Origin: Fibrobacter sp. UBA1313
GTDB taxonomy: Bacteria > Fibrobacterota > Fibrobacteria > Fibrobacterales > Fibrobacteraceae
Assembly (NCBI GenBank): GCA_002307115.1
Contig: DBTP01000108.1
Coordinates: forward strand, 1-10,360
Direction of reading: 5' to 3'
Length of the DNA: 10,360 bases
Of this stretch, positions 1-6,414 are shown in pieces (positions within the stretch are counted from its first letter, which is position 1; each line of letters opens with the position of its first letter). The notes under the pieces are model-generated. The model had not been told where the DNA came from. It saw only the letters and a program-made list of their open reading frames with translations, and searched no databases. The translations under genes and the position numbers were made by a program.

Positions 1-1
1 T

Positions 2-91
2 AAGGTTGATACTGCGAAGACCGCCACCGTGAAGCCTGCTACTCCAGTAGCCAAGACTGACACGACGAAAACTGCTCCGGTTAAGAAATAA
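2..91 (+). CDS. 3' end (partial) of an upstream gene; Lys/Thr/Ala/Pro-rich basic C-terminal tail (...KTATVKPATPVAKTDTTKTAPVKK*)
   Basis: Frame 2 is open from the window edge to TAA at 89-91. The low-complexity basic tail resembles C-terminal extensions of histone-like or nucleic-acid-binding proteins. A hairpin terminator follows. Confidence 0.3.
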   Translation, partial: KVDTAKTATVKPATPVAKTDTTKTAPVKK

Positions 92-117
92 TTTCGCAAA
101 TCCTTTGAATCTTAAAG

Positions 118-152
118 AAAAGCAGAGTGATCCCTCTGCTTTTCTTATATTT
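118..152 (+). terminator. Rho-independent terminator: perfect 10-bp stem AAAAGCAGAG / CTCTGCTTTT, 6-nt loop, then CTTATATTT
   Basis: Inverted repeat read directly from the sequence (118-127 / 134-143), followed by a T-rich tract. The T-tract runs into the TATATT element upstream of argA. Confidence 0.55.
146..151 (+). promoter_or_regulatory. -10-like hexamer TATATT at -12..-7 relative to the argA ATG (geometry for a leaderless or very short leader transcript)
   Basis: TATATT ends 6 nt before the ATG at 158. No Shine-Dalgarno motif. The same arrangement recurs at three other operon-first genes in the window. Confidence 0.3.
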
Positions 153-157
153 AAAGC

Positions 158-1510
158 ATGGAAACTATTACGGATTTTAATGATCAAAAACTGGAAGTTG
201 CCAGTTTTATTCGGGAAGTGTTCAGTTACATTAACCGGTTTAAAGGTCAGTTGTTTGTCCTTAAAATAGAAGACAGCCTGATGGATCATCCGTTGTTTCC
301 TGTTTTGATGCGGGATATTACGCTTTTGCATAAGGCGGGCGTAAAGTTTTTAATCGTACCGGGCACTCGGAAAAGTATTGACAAACAGTTGGTTGCTTGG
401 GAAATAAAGTCTCAGTTCCAGGAAGGGATTCGGCTGACCAGCGAAGAGGCGCTGCCTCTGATTGAACAGGCTTCTTTGGGCGTTGCGCAACGGATTATGA
501 GTCACTTGACGGCAAGTGGTTGCCATGGTATCCAAGGCAACTGGGTCATGGCGCGGAGCATTGGAATCATCAATGGTGTTGATTATATGCGGACGGGAAA
601 AATTGAACGCATTCAAAAAGATATTTTGGAACATTTGCTTGCAGAAGATTTTATTCCGATTCTTCCGCCGATTGGTTGGAATAAATTAGGCCATGCTTAC
701 AATATTTCGAGCACGGAACTCGCTACAGAACTTTGCAAGTATCTTTCTGTCGGAAAATTGTTCTTTATTGGAAGTGAAAATGGGATTCAGGCCAATGGTT
801 TAAAAACAGGGCCTAATACCAAATATCTTGAATCCACGGACAGCGGTGTTATTTCGGCGCTGGACATCGATCAAGCTCAAGAAATTTTGGATCTCAATCC
901 CAAAACGCTTAATTATGCGCAAGTGGATTATTTGATTAATGCCATTCGTGGCTGTAAAGCAGGGGCTAATCGGGTACATCTGGTCAGTGGTGAAATTCAG
1001 GGAAGTGTACTTCAGGAAGTTTTCTCCAGTCAGGGCGATGGCACCATGGTGTACGCTAACCAGTATTCCAGTATTCGGCCCGCAGCGATTGACGACATTC
1101 CCGATATTTTGCGGATTATGCAGGATTATATCGCCAAGGGATTTTTGATCCCCCGGACTCAGGAATCCATTTCGGAGAAGTTGCCGGATTATGTGGTCTA
1201 CTCTATTGATAATGCGATTCATGGATGTGGTGCCCTGCACGCCTTTGAAGAGAATATGGCGGAACTTGCCGCGATAGCGGTGGCTGTAAATTATCGGAAA
1301 TCGGGTGTGGGTGAAGCGATTGTGAGACATTTGATTTCGACAGCGCGGATGCGGGGTTATAAGAAGGTTTTTCTTTTAACGACGCAGGCATTGGATTGGT
1401 TCTACCCGTTTGGTTTTTGTGATGGAACCGTTGATGATTTACCGCCGTCTAAGAAAGCCACATATAATACCGAAAGAAATTCTCGGATCTTGTTGCTTTC
1501 GCTGGAGTAA
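158..1510 (+). CDS. argA: Amino-acid N-acetyltransferase (N-acetylglutamate synthase): N-terminal amino-acid-kinase fold plus C-terminal GNAT domain
   Basis: 450 aa, similar to ArgA (E. coli ArgA is 443 aa by recollection). N-terminal match: ...[40 protein letters not shown]... parallels ArgA ...[39 protein letters not shown].... C-terminal match: [13 protein letters not shown]...[19 protein letters not shown] parallels ArgA KLFVLTTRSIHWF...LPESKKQLYNYQRKSKVLM. Confidence 0.85.
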   Translation: METITDFNDQKLEVASFIREVFSYINRFKGQLFVLKIEDSLMDHPLFPVLMRDITLLHKAGVKFLIVPGTRKSIDKQLVAWEIKSQFQEGIRLTSEEALPLIEQASLGVAQRIMSHLTASGCHGIQGNWVMARSIGIINGVDYMRTGKIERIQKDILEHLLAEDFIPILPPIGWNKLGHAYNISSTELATELCKYLSVGKLFFIGSENGIQANGLKTGPNTKYLESTDSGVISALDIDQAQEILDLNPKTLNYAQVDYLINAIRGCKAGANRVHLVSGEIQGSVLQEVFSSQGDGTMVYANQYSSIRPAAIDDIPDILRIMQDYIAKGFLIPRTQESISEKLPDYVVYSIDNAIHGCGALHAFEENMAELAAIAVAVNYRKSGVGEAIVRHLISTARMRGYKKVFLLTTQALDWFYPFGFCDGTVDDLPPSKKATYNTERNSRILLLSLE

Positions 1511-1512
1511 AA

Positions 1513-2076
1513 ATGATGGATTTGGCAAAGATGGAAGATGGCTTTCGGTTGATTCTTGAAGGCATGGGTGAGGATGTTCATCGCGAAGGCTTGATTGATA
1601 CGCCACGTCGCGTGGCAAAAATGTATCAGGAATTGCTGGTCGGATTAACCGATGGCGTCAATGAAGATGATCTTTTGAGTACACAGTTTACTGAAGCTTA
1701 CGATGAGATGATTCTTTTGAAGGATATCCCTTTCGTGAGTATGTGTGAACATCATTTTTTGCCTTTTATCGGAAAAGCACATGTGGCGTATATTCCGAAT
1801 GATCGTATTGTGGGCCTTTCGAAATTGGCGCGTACGGTGGATTATTATGCGAAGCGCCCTCAGGTGCAGGAACGTATGACGCGGCAGATTGCAGAACTGA
1901 TCCAGAAACAATTGAATCCGAAAGGGGTTGCGGTTGTGGTGGAAGCGACTCATAGTTGCATGACGGTTCGTGGAGTCAAGAAGCAGGGTTCCGTGATGTT
2001 TACGAGTCAACTTTTGGGGCTTTTTAAACGCAGCGAAAAAACGCGTGCAGAATTTATGGCGCTGATTCACGGATAA
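1513..2076 (+). CDS. folE: GTP cyclohydrolase I
   Basis: 187 aa carrying the FolE hallmark motifs: [16 protein letters not shown], the CEHHFLPF zinc-binding region, and [15 protein letters not shown]. The start lies 2 nt after the argA stop, preceded by GGAG (SD-like). Confidence 0.9.
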   Translation: MMDLAKMEDGFRLILEGMGEDVHREGLIDTPRRVAKMYQELLVGLTDGVNEDDLLSTQFTEAYDEMILLKDIPFVSMCEHHFLPFIGKAHVAYIPNDRIVGLSKLARTVDYYAKRPQVQERMTRQIAELIQKQLNPKGVAVVVEATHSCMTVRGVKKQGSVMFTSQLLGLFKRSEKTRAEFMALIHG

Positions 2077-2144
2077 ATTATTAGTTCACCTTCATTTGAT
2101 GCTTTTATATATCTTTCTCAAGGGTTTCTTTTGCGAGGATTTAT

Positions 2145-3227
2145 ATGAGCTTATTGGATAAAATTAAGGGTGAATTTATTGATATCGTCGAACATTTAGA
2201 AGATGGCGGCGATACTTTGGTTTGGCGCTTTCCCCGCTACCAAAATGAAATTAAAAATGGGGCTCGATTGGTTGTCCGTGAAGGACAAATAGCAGTCCTT
2301 GTGAACGAAGGACAGTTGGCCGATATTTTCCATCCGGGAACTTATTCCTTAACCACTCAAAACCTACCGATTCTCTCCACACTCAAGGGCTGGAAATTTG
2401 GTTTTGATAGTCCATTTAAAGTCGAAGTTTATTTTGTAAGTAGTCGCCGATTTACAGATCAGAAATGGGGGACTCGCAATCCGGTGATGACGCGCGATGC
2501 TCAATTCGGGATGGTGCGTCTCCGCGCCTATGGATCTTATGTGCTTCAAGTGGCTGATGTGCATCAATTGATGTCTCAGATTGTGGGCACTCAAGCGCAG
2601 TTTGATGTGGATGAAATTACGGAACAAGTGCGCAATCTTGTGGTTTCTCGTTTTGGTGATATTATCGGGGATGCAAAAATTCCCGTTCTGGATTTGGCCC
2701 CTCATTACGATGAACTGGGACAATTAGTGGAAAAGAGAGTCCAAAAGGAAATTGCAGAATACGGTTTGAAGTGCTTCCAATTGCTGGTGGAAAATATTTC
2801 TGTCCCTGAAGAAGTGGAACGGAGCATGGATAAGCGTGCCAGTATGAGCGTTGTCGGTGAATCTGATTACACGCGCTATCAGATGGCGACTGCGACTGAA
2901 GTGGCGGCAGGGAACCCGGGAGGTGTCGCTGCGGGGGGGATGGGACTCGGTATGGGTTTTGGAATGGCGCAGCAAATGGTCAACCCCGCTCAGAATCCGC
3001 CGTCGCTCCCTAGTGGCGTGAATGAGGCGATTTGGTGGATTGCTCTGGAGGGTGTGAAGAACGGTCCCCACACGCTCGCTGCGCTTTCTCTGCTCAGTGC
3101 TTCCGGGAAGTTGAATCCAGAAACACTGGTGTGGAAACAAGGTATGGCGAATTGGATCCCGGCGCGTGAAGTGATTGAATTACGGTCTGTGTTCCCGATG
3201 GAACCCCCTCCGCTTCCGAAGGTATAA
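2145..3227 (+). CDS. SPFH/band-7 family protein of the COG4260 / Band_7_1 type (B. subtilis YdjI-like) with a Gly/Met-rich linker and a C-terminal GYF-like (DUF4339-type) domain
   Basis: 360 aa. N-terminus MSLLDKIKGEFIDIVEHLEDGGDTLVWRFPRYQNEIKNGARLVVREGQIAVLVNEGQLADIF...FTDQKWGTRNPVMTRD...LRAYGSYV is characteristic of the soluble SPFH/Band_7_1 family. The C-terminal ~50 aa AIWWIALEGVKNGPHTLAALSLLSASGKLNPETLVWKQGMANWIPAREV fit the GYF/DUF4339 pattern. GAGGA sits 5 nt upstream of the ATG. Confidence 0.8.
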   Translation: MSLLDKIKGEFIDIVEHLEDGGDTLVWRFPRYQNEIKNGARLVVREGQIAVLVNEGQLADIFHPGTYSLTTQNLPILSTLKGWKFGFDSPFKVEVYFVSSRRFTDQKWGTRNPVMTRDAQFGMVRLRAYGSYVLQVADVHQLMSQIVGTQAQFDVDEITEQVRNLVVSRFGDIIGDAKIPVLDLAPHYDELGQLVEKRVQKEIAEYGLKCFQLLVENISVPEEVERSMDKRASMSVVGESDYTRYQMATATEVAAGNPGGVAAGGMGLGMGFGMAQQMVNPAQNPPSLPSGVNEAIWWIALEGVKNGPHTLAALSLLSASGKLNPETLVWKQGMANWIPAREVIELRSVFPMEPPPLPKV

Positions 3228-3229
3228 TT

Positions 3230-3865
3230 ATGCCTATTTGCGTTCATTGTGGGGCTCCTTTGCGCGAGGGGCGTCCTGTTTGTGATTACTGTAAAGCGAC
3301 AAACGACGTGGATTTGTCGGGGCGCCATTATTTTACTACGCATCTTCCAGAGAAAGCACGCACCTGTCCACAATGCCATTCTGAAATGGAAGTGGTGGAT
3401 ATCGGCGTGCCTGGGAAACCGTTTTACTTAGATCGCTGTTCAACGTGTTTGGGAATTTTCTTTGATACGGGCGAGTTAGATGTTCTGGTGCACGAAACGA
3501 TTCAGGGCGTGGCGCATATCAATAATGTAAGGCTCTCGGCCTTGCGCACGGCGGCTCCAGAATCTTCAGAGATCGTTCGGTATCGTCCGTGCCCCGAATG
3601 CGGTAAACTGATGAACCGAGAAAATTACGGAACCTATTCGGGAATCATTTTGGATCGGTGTCGCGATCATGGTGTGTTTTTGGATGCAGGGGAACTGTAT
3701 CGAATTTTTCTTTGGGTTCGCGCTGGGGGAAGTTTGTTGAAACCCCCGCCAGAACCAGAACGCACAAAGCAGCCGCTTTCGCCGATGGAAATAGAAGAGG
3801 AAAATTCTACTTCGGTTTCTTTGATGGATGTGGTGATGGGAGTCTTCAAATTTTTGGGCGGTTGA
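3230..3865 (+). CDS. Multi-zinc-ribbon protein: an N-terminal CxxC...CxxC ribbon plus two tandem TFIIB-type ribbon repeats (YdjG-like)
   Basis: 211 aa. C4/C7...C18/C21. Then CPQCHSEM...LDRCSTCLGIFFDTGEL (aa 46-83), repeated as CPECGKLM...LDRCRDHGVFLDAGEL (aa 121-156). The Ser/Glu-rich C-terminus ends in a hydrophobic tail (VVMGVFKFLGG). The start is 2 nt after the SPFH gene stop (taattATG). Confidence 0.75.
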   Translation: MPICVHCGAPLREGRPVCDYCKATNDVDLSGRHYFTTHLPEKARTCPQCHSEMEVVDIGVPGKPFYLDRCSTCLGIFFDTGELDVLVHETIQGVAHINNVRLSALRTAAPESSEIVRYRPCPECGKLMNRENYGTYSGIILDRCRDHGVFLDAGELYRIFLWVRAGGSLLKPPPEPERTKQPLSPMEIEEENSTSVSLMDVVMGVFKFLGG

Positions 3866-3872
3866 AGTCCGT

Positions 3873-4958
3873 TTATTCCGTGGGGATTCCAAATCGTTTG
3901 AGATGGCAATAGGCTATTTCGCCAGTTTTCTCATCGCGAAGATGCAAACTCCCGCCTTCGCAGTAGCGCCAGTATTTGCAAGTGGCGCAGTCGCCTTTTT
4001 TGGTCCAAGAACGATCTCGCATCACTTGAAAACGATTGTTCCAGACGTCCATAAAATCATCGCGGTAAATGTTCCCTTGAATGTAATCTCCGCGCAAAGA
4101 GGGACAGGCCGAGATGGAGCCATCGGCGAGTACGGAACCGACATTGATTCCGGCGCGGCAGAAGAAAGGATTACTGCGCACTTGATTTTCATAGTCTCCG
4201 AGGAATCCTTCACAGCCGTAGTCGGCCCGGATTTTCCCCTGCAGGCGCGTTTCGCGGATAAAATCGAAAACGCGTTTAAATTCCAAATCACTCAATTTGA
4301 AAATGGGGTTTTCCTTGGCGCGGCCTTTGGGAAAAACCGTCGCGATCCGCCAGCGTTTGAGCTTTAGGTCGATAAGCATGTCCCGGATTTCGGGGAGCTC
4401 CGGCAGGTTTTCTTTGTTGACGCAGGTGACTACATCAAAGAGGAGCCCAGGCGTATGAGAGGCCCAGCGGATAGTATCGACCGCTTTTTCAAAAGAATGT
4501 TCGCGGCCACGGAAATGATCGTGAGAACGATGCAGACCATCAAGACTCACCGTCATGGAACGGAGCCCAGCCGTCAGTAAATTTTTAAACCGTGGCAACG
4601 TCATAGCAAATCCGTTGGTGACAAAGCCCCAGGGGAAACCGCGATCCATAAACGCTTTGCCTGCTTCCTCCAAATCCTTGCGCATCAGAGGTTCACCGCC
4701 GGTGACGACAATCAGGGTTCGCGATGGATTAACGTGTGGGCGAACGTTGTCGAGCACTTTTAAGAAGTCAGCGAGAGGCATATCGGGGTCGGCTTCGCAA
4801 CGACAATCACTGCCGCAGTGTAGACAATTCAGATTGCAGCGAAGCGTACATTCCCAAAAGAAATACGAAAGCGTATGGCTTTTCGCAAGGGAATGACGAT
4901 AAAAACGATGGACTTCAAGCGCGGCTTGCTTCTTGAAAGGAAGGACGTTCTGACTCAT
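3873..4958 (-). CDS. Radical SAM enzyme with a C-terminal SPASM/twitch auxiliary Fe-S domain (probable protein/peptide-modifying maturase)
   Basis: 361 aa. CxxxCxxC radical-SAM cluster motif (C-NLN-C-LH-C followed by GSDC). GGE-like SAM motif VTGGEPLM. The C-terminal Cys array CRAG...SAC...CATCKYWRYCEGG...YC is typical of SPASM domains. The N-terminal stretch before the cluster is short (about 45 aa), so there is no RRE-type leader-recognition domain. Confidence 0.85.
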   Translation of the reverse strand: MSQNVLPFKKQAALEVHRFYRHSLAKSHTLSYFFWECTLRCNLNCLHCGSDCRCEADPDMPLADFLKVLDNVRPHVNPSRTLIVVTGGEPLMRKDLEEAGKAFMDRGFPWGFVTNGFAMTLPRFKNLLTAGLRSMTVSLDGLHRSHDHFRGREHSFEKAVDTIRWASHTPGLLFDVVTCVNKENLPELPEIRDMLIDLKLKRWRIATVFPKGRAKENPIFKLSDLEFKRVFDFIRETRLQGKIRADYGCEGFLGDYENQVRSNPFFCRAGINVGSVLADGSISACPSLRGDYIQGNIYRDDFMDVWNNRFQVMRDRSWTKKGDCATCKYWRYCEGGSLHLRDEKTGEIAYCHLKRFGIPTE

Positions 4959-5998
4959 TATTTTTCTTCAGAGGTTTCGGAAGAGGAAGACTCTGTGGCA
5001 TCCGGGCAACGGTAGCATCCATCCCCTTCAACATAGATCAGAGAACTTGTGGATTCGTTAGGATTGATCGGGTATGAAATTCCATAAAGAGGAGCAAATT
5101 CGGTTAATACACAATTTGTTTTGTTCGAAATAGAACCTTCGCTCAGCGCGGAAGCCAGTTGGGCTTCCGTAATTTCCAAAGAGCAATCATCGTAGGAGGT
5201 GCGGCTCGAAGAAGATTTTGGAGTACTAGAAGATGAACTTGAAGAAACGCTGGAGGAGGATTGCGCTACCGATGATGAGGATTCGTCACCCGGGCAACGA
5301 TAGCATCCCACGCCTTCCTGATAGATAAGAGCTGGACCGGAGTTCACACTGGACGCATCGGAAGAATAAGGAACGCCATAGTCTGTGGCGACTTCCCCTA
5401 AACTGCAAAGTGCTTTGTCATAAATGGAGCCCTCACTCAGGGCTGCCTCTAAGGACGCTTCCGTAATCTCAAGGCTACAACCTTCAACAGAAGTGCTACT
5501 GGATGACGATGCCTGTTCACTGGAAGATGAATTCGTGGCAACGCTGGAAGAAGACGATGCCGAAGAGGAGGAGATTTCGTCATTCGGACAACGATAACAA
5601 CCCACACCATCTTCATAAATAAGCGTTGTGGAGGCGTTCACTTTGGCGATGGAATCGAACATCGCAGGCGAACCGTAAAGGGCAATAATGTTCCCTAAAG
5701 CACAGGTTGTCTTGTCCGTGATGTAACCATTGTCGAGAGCGGTTTGCAACTGCGCTTCCGTATATTCCAGAGAGCAAAGATCAAAAGTACTGGAGCTAGA
5801 AGAGGATGATTCGTTTGTCGCTGTGCTGGAGGATGTTTCTGTAGAAGAGGAGGATGGATCTCCACAGACATCGGAAGGACACCCGTACAAAGTGGCACTA
5901 TTGCTGGTCGATTCATCACACCCGGCCCAAAAGAATGCACACAGGGAAAGCAGTACTTTTTCCCACTTGGAACGAGATTTATTCAGAATGCGTTTCAT
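4958..5998 (-). CDS. Secreted, probably lipidated, Ser-rich protein with three tandem ~99-aa repeats, each holding a ~65-aa 4-Cys domain (C-x23-C-x34/35-C-x2-C) plus a poly-Ser linker
   Basis: 346 aa. Signal peptide MKRILNKSRSKWEKVLLSLCAFFWAG|C has a lipobox-like FWAGC. Repeats begin at C75, C174 and C272. Repeat consensus: CSLEITEAqLxxALseGsIxdKtxCxLgE...YG.pY...LIY.EGvGCYRCPxDE. The linkers are poly-Ser. The stop overlaps the rSAM start as TAATG (4956-4960). Confidence 0.8.
   Translation of the reverse strand: MKRILNKSRSKWEKVLLSLCAFFWAGCDESTSNSATLYGCPSDVCGDPSSSSTETSSSTATNESSSSSSSTFDLCSLEYTEAQLQTALDNGYITDKTTCALGNIIALYGSPAMFDSIAKVNASTTLIYEDGVGCYRCPNDEISSSSASSSSSVATNSSSSEQASSSSSTSVEGCSLEITEASLEAALSEGSIYDKALCSLGEVATDYGVPYSSDASSVNSGPALIYQEGVGCYRCPGDESSSSVAQSSSSVSSSSSSSTPKSSSSRTSYDDCSLEITEAQLASALSEGSISNKTNCVLTEFAPLYGISYPINPNESTSSLIYVEGDGCYRCPDATESSSSETSEEK
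4994..5782 (-). repeat. Three diverged tandem coding repeats of ~297 bp (units about 5486-5782, 5189-5485 and 4994-5188) inside the lipoprotein gene
   Basis: The periodicity is visible at DNA level (catccgggcaacggtagcatcc / cacccgggcaacgatagcatcc / cattcggacaacgataacaaccc, about 290 bp apart) and at protein level (Cys174 vs Cys75 = 99 aa; Cys272 vs Cys174 = 98 aa). Diverged and in-frame, so not a CRISPR array. Confidence 0.75.
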
Positions 5999-6005
5999 GA
6001 TAGGA

Positions 6006-6011
6006 AATATA
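6006..6011 (-). promoter_or_regulatory. -10-like TATATT at -13..-8 relative to the lipoprotein ATG (minus strand: ...ttgatttatatttcctatcATG), no SD
   Basis: Read from the reverse complement of 5999-6020. Same element and spacing as upstream of argA, the GIY-YIG gene and the membrane-protein gene. Confidence 0.3.
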
Positions 6012-6082
6012 AATCAAGAAATAATGGTGTAATTCGGTTTTTAATACCTTTCGATGTTGGTTTCAAAGATACAGATAAACTA

Positions 6083-6406
6083 TCACGCATTTTTGCTGCT
6101 TTTGGCTAAGAAGCCGAGTACAATGAAGGAAATTACAATGGTTAGGATTAAATGAATGTCGGTCAGATTCGTTAAAAATTGACGGAGAAATCGTACGGCC
6201 TGGGAAGAAATGAATCCATAGCCGGCGCCGCACAAGATTACAAAAAATACAAATCGTCCAAGAAACGGAAGCTTTTGGGTCAATTTGCGCGCATATTGGT
6301 TGATGGTGCCACCGTAAATCGTGAGAATTGTGGAGATGAGACCCACGGAAATGGAGACTAAATGCAAGCGTAAAAAATCAGCAAAGTCACGGATGTAATT
6401 TTCCAT
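6083..6406 (-). CDS. Small integral membrane protein, about 3 predicted TM helices (hypothetical; possibly DUF3392-like)
   Basis: 107 aa with three hydrophobic stretches (LHLVSISVGLISTILTIYGG, FVFFVILCGAGYGFISS, IHLILTIVISFIVLGFL). It sits directly upstream (84 bp) and on the same strand as the lipoprotein-rSAM pair. TATATT lies at -14..-9 of its ATG, with a perfect TATAAT about 20 nt further upstream. Confidence 0.55.
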   Translation of the reverse strand: MENYIRDFADFLRLHLVSISVGLISTILTIYGGTINQYARKLTQKLPFLGRFVFFVILCGAGYGFISSQAVRFLRQFLTNLTDIHLILTIVISFIVLGFLAKSSKNA

Positions 6407-6414
6407 AGGGGAAA

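Noticed and set aside
2077-2144. Possible Bacteroidetes-type promoter (TTTG ... TAnnTTTG) upstream of the SPFH gene
   Set aside because: Only approximate matches (catTTGatgc ... tTATATATc). I cannot distinguish this from background AT-richness without TSS data. The region is left as generic promoter space.
2364-3431. 119-, 138-, 129- and 60-aa ORFs overlapping the SPFH and zinc-ribbon genes
   Set aside because: Shadow ORFs. The annotated frames carry the recognisable SPFH and zinc-ribbon motifs.
3903-4936. Several 66-154-aa ORFs on both strands (3903-4367 +, 4022-4291 -, 4555-4896 +, 4736-4936 +)
   Set aside because: All overlap the radical-SAM gene, whose frame contains the CxxxCxxC and SPASM motifs. 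These are alternative-frame and antisense shadows.
4994-5782. Periodic ~297-bp repeats, considered as a possible CRISPR or satellite array
   Set aside because: The units are diverged, in-frame and translate into a coherent Cys-domain plus linker protein. They are far longer than CRISPR repeats and there are no spacer-like unique segments.
5695-6032. 81-aa (minus) and 100-aa (plus) ORFs
   Set aside because: They are embedded in or antisense to the repeat-lipoprotein gene. Their composition is driven by complementing the Ser-rich codons.
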